Assembly: GCA_951406725.2 (NCBI GenBank)
Contig: OX597816.1
Location: 144,460,001-144,524,000 of the forward strand
Origin: Octopus vulgaris
Taxonomy: Eukaryota
Length of the DNA: 64,000 bases
Reading direction: 5' to 3'
Part shown: positions 13,101 through 26,883 of the stretch, piece by piece
How the letters are laid out: every line of letters starts with the position of its first letter
Numbering within the stretch: the first letter of the stretch is position 1
Notes under the pieces: model-generated
Told to the model about the DNA's origin: nothing
What the model saw: the letters and a program-made list of their open reading frames with translations, nothing else
Databases searched by the model: none
Made by a program: the position numbers and the translations under genes

Positions 13101-13749
13101 TGAGCCAGTATGGTTTTGTTATAAGTATGGTTGATACATGACTTTCTCGTATCATTGGTGAACTTATTGCAAACAGAAATTAACCATGGATTATTAACTA
13201 TTCTCACCCTTGCTCATATATATCTATTTCTCATTTTATGTCTGCTCTCCGAGCTGGCATAGATTGAAAGAGTTGGACAGGAGGAAAGATATTTATTTTT
13301 CATTGACTAGTTCTGAAGAAAAAGAAGTGTCCCTCTGGCTCTTTACAGTTCTTGGATTCAAGGGCAAGAATAGCTGAATGTGATTTTAATGACTGAGGTT
13401 TACTTTCAACTGCTGAAGTTTAGTAATCTAAGAGAAAACATGGACAGAAAGGAAAATTTTCAGTGGGGTGGTATTTTCAGATATACATGTTTTTCTACAT
13501 AGTAATAACATACCAAAAGGTGTCAAAATGATAAAAATGGGGTATTCTGAATATCTGTTTTATATGAAATATATTTCATGTTTAATTGATGGCACACCAT
13601 GTTCAAAAGGAGGGAGTCCCACATTCAAAATCAGAATGCACTGCATTCAAAAGGGCAATACACATCATTTGAAAGGATAATGCACAACTTTTGAAAAGAC
13701 GGTGTACTGCATTCAAAAGAATGGTGCACCAGGTGAAAAATGATGGTTA

Positions 13750-14010
13750 ATCATCTTCATCATCATTGTCATTTAACGTCCGCTTTCCATGCTAGCAAGG
13801 GTTGGATGATTTGACTGAGGACTGGCGAACCAGATGGCTGCACCAGATTCCAATCTGATCTGGCAGAGTTTCTACAGCTGGATGCCCTTCCTAATGCCAA
13901 CCACTCTGAGAGTGTAGTGGGTGCTTTTACGTGCTACCGGCATGAGGGCCAGTCAGGTGGTACTGGCAGCGGCCACACTCAAATGGTGCTTTTTATGTGC
14001 CACCTGCACT
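13750..14010 (-). mobile_element. RTE 3'-end fragment
   Basis: catcat..tttaacgtccgctttccatgctagc...ggatgcccttcctaatgccaaccac, matching the LINE terminus at 47240. Confidence 0.85.
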
Positions 14011-14144
14011 TAACTATATTTATAAACAATGTTGAAAGACCTGGCAAATATATGTTAGCACAAAGTATAAATTAGTAGTAAGTCTCATTTTTATTCCCTA
14101 ATATTAACTGTATCTGTTGAAATAAATGCAAAAATAGTTTTTAC

Positions 14145-14230
14145 CTATCTCCAGTTGTGAAAAATCCAGTCACCTTAATGATATCTTTGTATTGCAATCC
14201 AGATGGAATTTCTTTTGTGAAGTCCATTGG
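14145..14230 (-). CDS. Galectin CRD3 exon a (PMDFTKEIPSGLQYKDIIKVTGFFTTGDR)
   Basis: 86 bp, ttctgcag/GTAAAA, phase 0 to 2; IP.GL motif. Confidence 0.92.
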
Positions 14231-14990
14231 CTGCAGAAACAAAAGAAAAAATATAGAGTAAAAGAGTAAAGAGAAAGTTTTAACAAAATTGCTTAAATTA
14301 ACGACTTTAACAATAACCTATTAATGCAATGATGGAATCCGGCATGCAAGTGAACATCTGTTTTTATTAAAGTTTGATTATTTAAAATTCTCCCTGACAA
14401 AATACAATATACATTTATATATATATTAGAGAGAGAGAGAGAGAGAGAGATTTTAGAATTAGCTTCTTTGCTTGTTGCAAAATCAGCTGAATGTTGCTTA
14501 TTTTTCTATATTATTACAAGCTAGGATGAATGACTGCCATGTCTGCTAGACATGGCAGTGGTTTCCCTTCCTCAGTACTGTGCCAAGGAAGATAAATACC
14601 CTGAAACCAGATTGGTCTTATTGATCCTGTCAAACTGCTTAGATGGTAGGCGTTTGCTTCCCTGCTCACATTATAATGGTTTTAGTAAATTTATACAGAA
14701 AAAGTAAGCATGCCACCATCCAGCATAAATAAAGTCAACTTTATTATGTGTATTTAAGCCATTATTTTTTCTGTAAAATCCTATTCTGTCATCAAGTGAG
14801 TCAACTTCCAGTATGAATGTTCATTTTGAGGGTCTTTTTTTCAACAAAAAAAATTTCAAAAAATTTCTGGAAACAATCTACTGATGCAATTTACACAAAC
14901 ACTAAAGTTTATTTTTATTTTTGAGAAAAAAGTGCATAAATTACATGGGATTTTACGGTAATAAAAACAAAAATAAAGTAAAATACTTAC

Positions 14991-15110
14991 AAGAGGTCTC
15001 ATGTAATTGATAGAGGCAATACTAACACAACCGTGGATGTAGAGATACTTCATGGAATCTATGCTGCATCGATAAGGAAACAGCGCAAAGTAGTTGTCAT
15101 TCAGAAAGAT
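14991..15110 (-). CDS. Galectin CRD2 exon c (IFLNDNYFALFPYRCSIDSMKYLYIHGCVSIASINYMRPL)
   Basis: 120 bp, tcttctag/GTAAGT, phase 0/0. Confidence 0.92.
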
Positions 15111-16686
15111 CTAGAAGAGAAATAAATTTCTAGTTTTACTAATGACAATCATGGTTGGGGTGGGGATAGGAATGGGAATTACACCACATGTTGCTCAAGA
15201 ATTTGTGCAAGAATCTCCAGCTGAAGTTATTGAATAAGTCTCTAATTAGTTGATAGAAAGGGTATGTTTTAAGGTGAAAAAAAATAACCAACTGTTAAAA
15301 ATGTTGGACTTCTGAGTTGATGGACTTCTGATCAGACAAAACTATGACTGAGGTGTTCCAAACATGGCTGTCACATTTTATTTTTCAGGCATAGCTTATC
15401 TAGGATTATACTTTGTCCTTTTATTTGAAGATGCTAAGGTGGGATTTCATTGAAATTTGGTTGCTATTTCCAACAAGTTGAGCTATCATGTAGTCCCATG
15501 CATTGGCTTAAAACAAATTGTTCAATTTGTAAGAGGGCTAATTTCCTTAAAATTTTTTTATTTATTAAAATCTCAAATTTTGAAGTCCCTTGCTCTAGGG
15601 ATAATACACTTGATGATCTAAGATCAAACCAATTGAAATGTAATATGGAAGTAAATACCAAATTAGAAAGAACATTAATCTCTAAAGATGAATTTAATAA
15701 GTCTTATGAATTATAATCTTAACGGAGTGTCATCTATCATCTGATGGCATAACTTAGGAAGTATATTTTTGCCATCATGGATAACATCAGGTAATATAGC
15801 ATACATACAGTAATTATAATTTAACTTTTATAAAATTTCTTGTGGTTAATACAAAACAATGCTAAACAATAGCAACAACAGGAGATGGTCCTTGTCCAAT
15901 TGGTCATCCTACTAGAAAATACAACCAGATTTTCCTCAAATCTCATTTTACTGTTTTAATTAGGAAAATACATATTGGACAATGTAGTCCTGTTTATACA
16001 AAAAGACAAAATTATATTACATACATATATATATGTGTGTGTATGTGCATATGTGTGTATATCATGTATGCATACACACACTATAATGAGTGCAACAGAT
16101 GTTCATATACTCCTTATATTCATTATAAAGTAAATAATTCTTTTCACCTGAGCTCTCCCAATGCTTGTTCACTTCAGCTAATTGTTAAAAAGGCAGAAAA
16201 ATCAAGTGGCTCAACCATCTAACAACACTGAACCCCAGTATTGTTATGTATCAATAAATGTTCCTCCAGTAAGAAATACAGGAAGATCACAATGATGGTG
16301 GTTGAGTAACAGTAATCCAAAAATAGTAAGAAAGCTTGTGGGTGGTTGATGATTGGGAATGATGGAAAGTGAAGGTTATACTTTTCATGAAATCTTCACC
16401 ATGGCTTAATTGACTAACTTGCAAAAGTTAGATCCTATCTAATAAAGTCTCATGCTGTGCTGTTTCTTCTTTCACTGCCTTTTCTACTGATACTATAATA
16501 ACTCCAGGTTGAGCTTATGCCTCCTCCATTCAAACATCCCCATCTCCCCTGCTTCTTCTCTTCCTGTCATTCAGGTTCTGTACTTGCAATTACACTCAGT
16601 CAATTCCTTCTAGGAAGGGCAGCCCTCTGGAATTCACTCTTTGCTCCTGCAGGTATTTACTTACAAAGGTTCAAGACAGACATTAA

Positions 16687-16932
16687 CCCTTTAAATACCA
16701 ACACATCTGAGACCACCCTGGTCTCTGACACAAACTTTCTGTTTTAAAGTAAACTAAATTAAAATCTAAATTTCATGTTAATTTAAGCTCCTCAACAGAT
16801 TACTCAAAACTTCATTATTTTTTTTTTCTCTCTAGTTTCAGCTCAGAGCTGTGGCCATGCTGATGTACCACCATTTCAAAATTAATTGAAATAAAGGTAC
16901 TGTATTTGGTCATAAATATGGTAATGAAAGGG
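16687..16932. mobile_element. piggyBac-type MITE (same family as 10777)
   Basis: ttaaCCCTTT ... AAAGGGttaa with homologous interior. Confidence 0.75.
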
Positions 16933-17089
16933 TTAATGACATCAATCTCACCATTCTAGAAAGACCTGCAAAGGCTATGAGAACTGTCCCTTCCACTAAA
17001 CTCAGCAAGTCAGAAATAAATAAATAAAACTTATTAATCACAGGGTTCAAATGATACAAAAGTTTCTAGAAATAAGAAATTTATATTAC

Positions 17090-17282
17090 TTGGTAGCCAT
17101 CATAGCTGGCAACAATCATAATCTTGAACATGGACCATGGGTGGAATGGGTTGTCTGAAATCACCTCTTCTTCACCCCAATCACCATCATAATGGTTCAA
17201 AACTACAGAATTCTGATCAGGACGTGGGTTTAGATGAAGACCTGTTGTTCCATCCGGGTCACTACAAATGTTGATGCTAAAT
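17090..17282 (-). CDS. Galectin CRD2 exon b (FSINI...GLHLNPRPDQNSVVLNHYDGDWGEEEV...GYQ)
   Basis: 193 bp, AG/GTAATA; HLNPR, VLN and WGEE motifs. Confidence 0.94.
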
Positions 17283-18574
17283 CTGGCAGTTTGAAATGCA
17301 TTGCCAAAAAGATAGAAAATAGAAAGCAAAAATTTAGTTTGTCATAAATAATTCACACATACTACATACATATGTATATACACAGATACACACCTTTGTA
17401 ACTTAACTTTTATAAAATTTCTTGTGGTTAATACAAAACAATGCTAAACAATAGAAACAATGGGAGAGGGTCCTTGTCCAATTGGTCATCCTGCTAAAAT
17501 GAACAACCTAATTTTGTACACACATGCATGCATATTGTAGAAAGAACAGACTATGTATCTTCAATTATTTTTGAAAATTCTACATTGAATTAGAGAAGTC
17601 TATATGAGTATTGTCAATTATATTGATTCCAGTAGTTGGCTGATACTTTATTTTATTGACCCTTTGGAAGGATAAAAGGAAAAGTTTATCTTAGCAGGAT
17701 TTTAACTTACGAGGTAAAAACTCAATACCATTAGGCATTTTGTCTCATGCTCTCTCACCACTACAAGGTCCAGTTCTTCTTGCACTGTAGTGGCTTGTGT
17801 GCCTCAATGACTTAAGAGCTAAGACATTGAGTGTAAGCTCCTAGTAAAACCTGTTACTGGGCAAGTTAAAGGTTGTGGTGCACCTGAGCACTGTATACAA
17901 TAATTTCATTATTATTATTATAGCTGGACTAATATGGACCACTTCTTCCCAGAGATAGAAATGGGCCAATGTCCCTACATAGAAAAAAAAACAGCAAAGT
18001 TACAGAAGATTTCATGACAATTCAAAACCAACAAGACTTGTGAGAGGAAAAGATAGCCCAGAGTGAAGCATAGTGGAGAAAGTCAATGGTATTCAATATT
18101 CATAGTAGGCAAGTGCTAATTTGCATATGAAAGTATGCTTGCAAGTAAGTGCATGTTTGCATGTGCAAGTTTACAATTGTGAATGCTGGTTTGCTCAATA
18201 GGTTTGGAAGTGTATATTCAGACATCTAAATCAGGTCATTAAGCTTTTATGGTGCAGCAATGTGCAAATTGTCAAGTGCTTAACTTCCCTTGCAGATAAA
18301 GAATTTTATGGAAAAAAAAAGATGCATAAATACATAAATTAATTCATAAATAGGGTCCTAAAAAAGAGAAACATTTATTTTTAATGAAACCAAATTGATT
18401 TTTCTTTGTATTAATTTTTTGTACTTTCCCTGAAAGAATGACCAAATAAGCATGCGTATAAAACAAACAAAAATTACCAATGAAGGGAGAGTATTTAGTT
18501 GTTGAACCTTCAAGAAATAGCAACTAAATCACCCTCAAGCCATACTAAAAAGGCACATAAAATATTCATTTCTA

Positions 18575-18790
18575 CTCTAGCCACAAGGCCTGAAATTTTT
18601 GGAAGGTTGGGGTGATGGGCAGTCGATTAGATTGATGCCAGTACACAACTGGTACTTAATTTATTGACCCCTAAAGGATTGAAGGCAAAGTTGACCTTGG
18701 TGGAATTTGAACTCAGAACATAAAGACAGATGAAATACTGCTAAGCATTTCGCCTAGCGTGCTAACGATTCTGCCAGCTCATTGCCTTAG
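18575..18790 (-). mobile_element. tRNA-headed SINE with Nin/Deu-like domain (CpG-decayed copy)
   Basis: Decayed version of the minus-strand consensus gagttcaaattcc...ctttgcctttcatcctttcggggtcgataaa..aagtaccag. Other copies near 23500, 47110, 58150-58525 and 61100. Confidence 0.75.
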
Positions 18791-18991
18791 GCACATTAAA
18801 TAATGTGTAGGCAAAGGTGCGCTATTTTATCACCATTAAAAAAATAAAAACAAAATGAAATAGTCATGACATCAATGCTTTAGGTCGTAGATCTCCTAAT
18901 TTAAGACTGATCTGGAGCTATACAGCTACAAAAATGACCAAAACCCCCATCCCACAGATTGCCAGATATATATATATATATATAGATATAT

Positions 18992-19306
18992 ATGGCTTAG
19001 AGGTTAGGGCATTCAGCTCACGATTGTAAGGTCGTGAGTTCGATTCCTGGTGACATGTTGTGTCCTTGAGCAAGACACTTTATTTCACGTTGCTCCAGTC
19101 CACTCAGCTGACAAAAATGAGTTGTACCTTTATTTCAAAGGGCCGGCCTGGTCACACTTTGTGTCACGCTGAATCTCCCTGAGAACTACGTTAGGGGTAC
19201 GTGTGTCTGTGGATTGCTCAGTCATTTGCATGTTAATTTCATGAGCAGGCTGCTCCGTTGATCGTATCAGATGGGACCCTCATCATCGTGACCGACAGAG
19301 TGCTCC
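18992..19306 (+). mobile_element. tRNA-derived CORE-like SINE (head A + tail X)
   Basis: A box tggcttagagg, B box gagttcgattcc, then tgtccttgagcaagacactt. A second copy lies at about 22170-22490. Confidence 0.82.
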
Positions 19307-19840
19307 TTATATATACTATTATTAGAGGCATTAACTTTAGAAATAATAAAAAATACAAGAAAAAATATAAAGCAATCAAATATGGATATGCTGACAATAA
19401 TATATTTAACCTTGCGTTCTGTCTACACATGCAGCAGTCATTCACTATATACATAAGCATTCATTTGTACAGAAGCACTACTAGATGCATATTTTGTAGT
19501 TTAATTTTATGTTTAAGTGTTTTTAGACAGCATGTGTAAGTTTTAACAAAATTTGTCTTTACTGATAGGACGAATGACTGAGAAATTTACCCAGGATAAC
19601 TTCTGAGCAGAAAATAAATAGTTAAGTACAGGCTGACATAAAGAGCTCAAAAATTTTTAATTAATATTACATCAGTAGTAAAGAGAAAAGAAATTATATT
19701 GGTTTAATGATTAATTCTTGTCTCTGTTCTTGCCAAAGATCAGATCCATTCTCCTCTGCAAATCCATGTTAAGTTTTAATAAAAATTTTGCCCTGCCTCC
19801 AACTTTCTTCTCTGATCAAAATAAAGGATGAAGCTAATGT

Positions 19841-20111
19841 TCTTTTATTCTTTTACTTGTTTCAGTCATTTGACTGTGGCCATGCTGGAACACTGTCTTT
19901 AGTCAAACAAATTGACCCCAGGACTTATTTTTTGTAAGCCTAGTACTTACTCTATTGGTCTCTTTTGCCGAACCTCTAGGTTATGGAGACATAAACATAC
20001 CAACAACGTTTGTCAAGTGACAGTGGGGGACAAACACAGACACACATACATACACACATACATACACACATACATACACACACATACATACACACACACA
20101 TACATACACAC

Positions 20112-20151
<40 letters not shown>

Positions 20152-20837
20152 TGGGCTTGATTTTTAGCTTCTGTCTACCAGATCCACTTACAAGGCCTGA
20201 GGCTATAGATGATACTTGCCCAAGGTGCCACACAGTCAGACTGAACCCAGAACCATGTGGTTGGGAAGCAAGCTTCTTACCACACAGCCACTCCTTGTGT
20301 TCTGTCTTTTCTAATTGCAGAGCAATTTTATAAGATGGTGTAAACTGAATGTTGCGATGTTCATACTTTTCATAAGTGCAACAAATCAAGAAATCAAAGC
20401 AGGTCAGGAACAGAGATTACCTAAATGTTTCAATCATTAGTATTATTTTTCAACTCTGTTACTTGTTTCAGTCATTTGACTGTTGCCATGCTTTAGTCGA
20501 CCAAATCAACCCCAGGACTTATTCTTTGTAAGCCTAGTACTTATTCTATCTGTCTCTTTTGCCAAACCGCTAAGTTACAGGGGCGTAAACACACCAGCAT
20601 CAGTTGTCAAGCGATGTTGGGGTGACAAACACAGACACACAAACATATACACACACATACATATACATACATACGATAGACTTCTTTCAGTTTCCGTCTA
20701 CCAAATCCACTCACAAGGCTTTGGTTGGCCCAAGGCTATAGTAGAAGACACTTGCCCAAGGTGCCACACAGTGGGACTGAACCCTGAACCATGCGGTTTG
20801 TGAGCAAGCTACTTACCACACAGCCACTCCTACGCCA
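19841..20837 (-). mobile_element. Two tandem copies of the abundant microsatellite-containing tRNA/CORE-like SINE
   Basis: Copies at about 19841-20295 and 20455-20837: head ggagtggctgtgtggtaag...gggttcagtc, then accttgggcaagt, with an internal (CA/TACA)n tract. Confidence 0.85.
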
Positions 20838-21545
20838 ATAAACTGTGTAAAAAAAAATGGCTTTGGTAACATTGTGTCCCTCCCCTTTCCACCTTTTCCT
20901 CTAAAGACAATCTTATTCATGCTACAAAAATAAATTATTTGGGTTTGTCTTATTCTGTGGCGTGAGATTAGCTTAAGCAGTGAAAATATGTGCAAGAAGA
21001 CAAAGATATATTTGAAGATAATGAATGAGAAAGATGAAATGCTCAGCATCTAATGTCCTGCAAATATAACTCGCTATTAATATTTGCATGCTTCTTACTG
21101 TATCATTCCAGCGTGTGAAGACTTATACTTGGAAGCTGAGACACAAATATCTTACCTTACAGCATCAGTGCCGCTAAAAACAAAAATTTACATAAGAATA
21201 AACAAACAGGCAAATAATTATGATATTGACAATCACTGTTGTGATTTCCCACATTGGCATAAGATCACAAAATCTGAAACAGGGTTACATATGACTGAAT
21301 TGATATTACTGGTACTGCTTTTATTAAAATTCTGGAAGAGTGAACAGCAAATTCTGCCTTTGGTAGATTAAGAGATGCAATTAGAGACAAAGAAGTAGTC
21401 AGTCTGCCACTATCATTTCTATTAATAATAATAATAATCATCGTTTAACATCCGCTTTCCATGCTAGCATGGGTTGGATGATTTGACTGTGGGCTGGCGA
21501 ACCAGATGGCTGCACCAGGCTCCAGTCTTGATCTGGCAGAGTTTC

Positions 21546-21547
<2 letters not shown>

Positions 21548-21611
<64 letters not shown>
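21548..21611. repeat. (AAT)n microsatellite abutting an RTE 3' fragment (21436-21547)
   Basis: Pure trinucleotide run; source of the poly-Asn ORF. Confidence 0.95.
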
Positions 21612-21615
<4 letters not shown>

Positions 21616-23864
21616 TTCTATTTTTTCCTTTTTCTCACTGTCTTCTCCTTTTCTCTATCATATGATTCTGTAAATGAACAATCTGATGTGATTGTTTTAA
21701 TGGCCTACTAATGTATACAGTACATTTCTCTGCCCTAGGTGTCAGGAAAACACTCAGCAAGAAATGGAAACAGAATTGAAAGAAGATGCTAATGAAAATA
21801 ATGATAATGATAACAACAATATAAAAATAAAATAGCAACAGTAATAATAGGCACTAGGTTACTGATTTGAGAAGAAGGGACTAGTTGTTCAAACCAACTG
21901 ACATGTAAAAACATGAAAGAAAGTTATTCACCTCTAGTCCATTTTGATTGTCTCTTCCTCTCTTCCTCTGTTTCCTTGCTCTAGCTACTTAATGATATTT
22001 TTAACCCTATAAAGACAATTGTTTCTTTGTATGCAAATAGTAAAGGTGGGGATAAACTAGAACAAGCAAAGACATGGGCTGTGTTCATATTCAGAATTAC
22101 ATGATAGGGTAGTTCAGCAATATATTATCCACATACACATAGTGTATGAGCATGTGTTTATATATATGGTATGTGGCTTAATGGTTAGGGTAATCAACTC
22201 AGAATCATGAGGTCATGAGTTCAATTCCTAACAGAATGTTGTGACCTGGAGCAAGACACTTTATTTCACATTGCTTCAGCCCACTCAGCTGGCAAAAATG
22301 AGTAGTAACTGTAATTCAAAGGGCTAGCCTTGTCACATTCTGTGCCATGCTGAATCTCCCTGAGAACTGTATTAAGGGTGTGCATGTCTGAGGTGTGCCC
22401 AGCCACTTGCAAGTCAATTTCATGAGAAGGGTGTTCTGTTGACTGAATCAACTGAAATCTACATTGCTGTAACTGATGAAGTGCCAGAAGTGTGGACATT
22501 TCTTTCAATAACTATTGACTGGGCATCAACGGTTTCGGCAGTTTTTGGCACTGAATAACATTAAAGCTAGCAAAGAATGCTCAGTTTCTATTCATTTTTT
22601 GGCCTGTACTATTTGCCTTATTATTATGCGGTCTCTATACAAAACCAGTGCAGCATTAACCATTTCAACAATGCTGCAACTATTTTGTTCCACCAGCTTG
22701 CAGAGGATTTGTTCTTCACACTTAGCTTTGTTTTTTCCATGGAAACCATTAAGTCAACCCTGTCTTTAGTTATAAATTAGATTCTGTAGCACTCAAATCG
22801 GCCATATCAGGCCCAAATATTCTACATTAGCCCTACTTACAACTTCTTATATTTGCCCTACATTGTCATTCTAAAAATAAACAATCATATCATTAAAATC
22901 TCAAAACTATGAGATAATTCACTATTAATTCAAAGCAATGTGATTAAATAAACATATAAGCATTTCATTTGACAGAATAACCTGAATGTTAAAGAGTTAC
23001 AGCCTAATTCCATAAAACACAAGTTAAACATGTGATATTAAAAATTATGACTAATTATCTGATATAATGCTCTTAAAAATGATTTATAATAATTTGGTAT
23101 GGTGTCTTGTATTCCATTTCTACTGCACTATATTCATCTCCTACTGTACTGAATATAAAGGTGGACCAAAATTGTTTATTCTTTATTTATAGTGAACTAA
23201 GCATAGCCATTAAAAGTTAAATTCGTTTTCTTTGGTACTTTAGTTATCTGAAAACTGTGGTTTTGAAAAGTATACAAACTGTTGACTTTTCAATGAACAG
23301 TTTAACACATGGTCAGCCAGCTGGAACCTTCAATTTTACATATAAGATACAAAAAAAAAAAGAAAGAAAAAGGCCAAAAATGACATCTGTTAAAATATCA
23401 AATAAATAAACAGAAACAAATCAACAAGCATTATGAAAAACTAATTAGAGCTTGAGTATCTTTGTCAACAGAAATTACCATTTAAAATTAACATTAGTTT
23501 CAAATTTTGGCACAAGGCCAGCAATTTTGAGGCAGTAGGGGTGTGGGATAGTCGATTACATCGACCTCAGTGGTCAACTGGTACTTATTTTATCAATCCC
23601 GAAAGGACGAAGGGTAATGTTGACTTCCGCAGGATTTGAACTCAGAACATAAAGATGAATGAAATGCCACTAAGCATTTTGCCCAGTATACTAATGATTC
23701 TGCCAGCTCAACGCCTCATATTTGAAAGTAATATTGACCACTGTTTCTAATCAAGAAATTATTTTCACAGTTCAGACTGCCAAGAAATACAAGGTACACA
23801 ATTTTCTTGAGTGCTTTATAATGAAAAAAAGCTTTAACATTTCTAAATGCTACTTTATGCTTAC

Positions 23865-23953
23865 CTGTCATTGTCAAATGTTGGTACTCCTTTGATCTCT
23901 ATAGCTTTACCTATAGACATATGATCAGCTATTTCACCAATGTATGGGATTTT
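23865..23953 (-). CDS. Galectin CRD2 exon a (KIPYIGEIADHMSIGKAIEIKGVPTFDNDR)
   Basis: 89 bp, tcacag/GTAAGC; PY...G..I.IKG pattern. Confidence 0.93.
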
Positions 23954-24785
23954 CTGTGAAAAAGAAACAAAAATAATGACTTATACTCAAAGGATTTATT
24001 AATTACATATGTAAACAGCCAAACATGTATGCTAAGAGAATGCAATTAAGATTATCTGAATTTCATAGTTTATGAAAGGTATTTGCAGCATAAATGAAAT
24101 TAACTGAGCCGAGTGGCATGTAGACTCAGCTTGTGAACTCTTATTTCCAGAGTTAGAGAGGTGAAGGCACTAGCGTAGCTGGGGAGTGGGGGCGGTCTAT
24201 CCCAGGAGGCACACACCCTAGCTATGAAAGTGGGTGGAGGGATAGAAATAGTTGAGTGCCTGACTGAATACTTTACACTCTATAAAACATAAATCACTCA
24301 TATTCATCACCAAGAGATACTCTCTGTATAAAAAATAAAACAAAATTAAATTAGTATTAATATATTTAATGAAGGGTGCACCAAAAATTTGATTAGAAAC
24401 AAGTACAATGCTTCACATTATTTCAAACATTTTAATAAATATGGGGAACAACTCTTCATGTTCCAATTACACTAGCTCTCGCCAACTATGCTGAAACTTC
24501 ATATTTACCAAAATAGTTATAAGAAAATCATTTAGAGGATGTTTAATATGGTACCTGAATAAGGTATCAAAATTTGCAAATTTTTCATAATAAAACTTCT
24601 ACGATTAATTATTAATTATTGTTTTATCATGCAGAAGGTGTCTGAGTACCCAATGAGCCATTTATGATGGTGCCTGAGTAATATTCTTGGATATTTGGCT
24701 TTAAAAATAGGTTAACTAACACCTATTCATGTACAATTTATTAGATCTACTTTGTGATTCTTTAATGACTATGATGTGGTCGATA

Positions 24786-24826
24786 CTTCACTGAGGAAGT
24801 CTAATAGGACTAAGCAATGTCTGAAG
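24786..24826 (+). ncRNA. Decayed type I hammerhead ribozyme motif (Penelope-like remnant)
   Basis: CTTCA-CTGAGGA-AGTCtaatagGAC-TAAGC-AAT-GTC-TGAAG: stems I and II pair, but GAAAC is mutated to TAAGC. Confidence 0.5.
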
Positions 24827-25349
24827 ATGTCTGCCTTACTTGTTGAAATGATTAAAATAATATTAGTCACTGAAGTACTGTTGTCTTTTCTTCACCACAT
24901 AATCATCTCTAATTAGACTTCTGATGCTGACAACATTAAGTATGTTAATACTAATTAAACTCATCATATTAAGTTTTGTTTTTCAACATTCTGAGTTTGA
25001 ATTCTAGCAGTATTAACTTTATCTGTCATAATTTCAACAAAAACTAGCGTAGTTTAACTCACTCCACTTATCTGTAAATAACTGCTATGGCAAATAGACC
25101 CTAAACAGGAGTCAGTGACATTGTGTAACTAACATGTGTATATTGGCTGATTCAGTTCCATTCTTTTAGGAGTCAAGGACAAGAAGTTTGTATAGCAGAC
25201 ATAGTTACCAACTAATATTTTTACCACCAACATGTCACAATGGACTAGATGTTTATATTTTTTTTTACCTTACTTTCACTTATCTGGTGCCATACATTAA
25301 CATATGCATCCATATACAAGCTTGTACATAAACACAAAGACCAGTGCAG

Positions 25350-25402
<53 letters not shown>

Positions 25403-25405
<3 letters not shown>

Positions 25406-26497
25406 TCATCATCATCGTTTAACGTCCGTTTTCCGCGCTAGCACGGGTTGGACGGTTCGACCGGGGTCTGGGAAGCCAGGGGCCACTCCAGGCTCCAGTC
25501 TGATCTGGCAGAGTTTCTACGGCTGGATGCCCTTCCTAACGCCAACCACTCCGCGAGTGGTGTGGGTGTTTTTACGTGCCACCTGCACAGGGGCCGGGGG
25601 TCCGGCATCGGTCACGATCGGTTCGAGCTTTTAACGTGCCAGCGGCACGGGAGCCAGCCAAGGCGGCGCTGGCAACGTTCGGATGGTCTTACCGGCACAG
25701 AGGCCAGTCGGGGCAGCGCTGGCATTGGCCACGTTCGGATAGTACTTTTTATGTGCCACCGGCACAGGCATCATAACTCCCATTTCCATTGATATTTATT
25801 TCGACGTTCATGTTCATGTACTTGACTCAACAGATCTCCTCAGGCACAGCAGGACTATCTGGGATCCGGGGTACTTTGAATGGGCAGGGGCTATGTGGAA
25901 CTGATGCAGGAAGCAGCCCGGGTCTTTGCAGTCACAGCATATCTCCAGAGATCTCGGTCCTTCGCCATTGCCTCAGTGAGGCCCAATGCTCTGAGGTCAT
26001 GCTTGACTACCTCATCCCATGTCTTCCTGGGTCTACCTCTCCCCCTGATACCTTCAACTGTTTGGGAGTGGCACTTCTTCACACATCTCTCTTCATCCAT
26101 CCGCAGCACATGACCATACCATCGCAAGCGTCGCTCTTGCACACCACATCTGATGCTTCTTATATCCAGTATTTCTCTCAGGATGCTTACACTCTGTCGT
26201 GCGTGCACACTGACACTACACATCCAGCGGATCATGCTAGCTTCATTTCTTTCAAGTCTACGCATGTCCTCTGCAGTCACAGCCCATGTTTCATTACCGT
26301 GAAGCATGGCAGTTCACACACATGCATCATACAATCTACCTTTCACTCTGAGGGAGAGACCCTTTGCCGCCAGTAGGGGTAGGAGCTTTCTGAACTTTGC
26401 CCAGGCTATTCGTATTCTAGTGGTGATACTCTCTGTGCATCCACCTCTGCTACTAACTTGGTCACCCAGGTAGCGGAAACTATCAACTACTTCTAGT
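25403..26497 (-). mobile_element. 5'-truncated RTE LINE (ORF C terminus, 3' UTR and (GAT)n tail)
   Basis: ORFs 26314..26553 and 25891..26307 match the C terminus of the 795-aa RTE ORF, with one frameshift. Confidence 0.93.
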
Positions 26498-26763
26498 ACA
26501 CACACACAGACATGTTTACAACATATGCATATACAAGCATGTGCACATATCACATATGATGCAGAAACATGCCTGTGTATGCATACTTAAATAGATATCC
26601 ATGACATGTATTTAGGTTTGTATGCAATTTGAAACTTGCAATTTGAAAACCAGAGTCTAAGAGAATTGTGTGTACAAAGTAATGCTACAAAATGTGTACA
26701 TACCAAGAGAGCTGAAAACAGATGTATATACAGCAAATAAAACTATGATAAGTATATACATAC

Positions 26764-26883
26764 CAAGGAATCCCTCATGATCATTTCATATAGTTCCACA
26801 CCTTCACCAATGGCCAAATAGTTGACATCTTGATATGACATTCGATGGTAGAAGTTCAGGAAATGAGTGCCATTGACATAGAC
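26764..26883 (-). CDS. Galectin CRD1 exon c (VYVNGTHFLNFYHRMSYQDVNYLAIGEGVELYEMIMRDSL)
   Basis: 120 bp, ttttcag/GTATGT; VNG..F.HR galectin C-terminal pattern. Confidence 0.93.

Noticed and set aside
18992-19065. tRNA gene (also the heads at 53200, 54071 and 55459)
   Set aside because: A and B boxes are present but there is no complete cloverleaf, and each continues into a SINE body.
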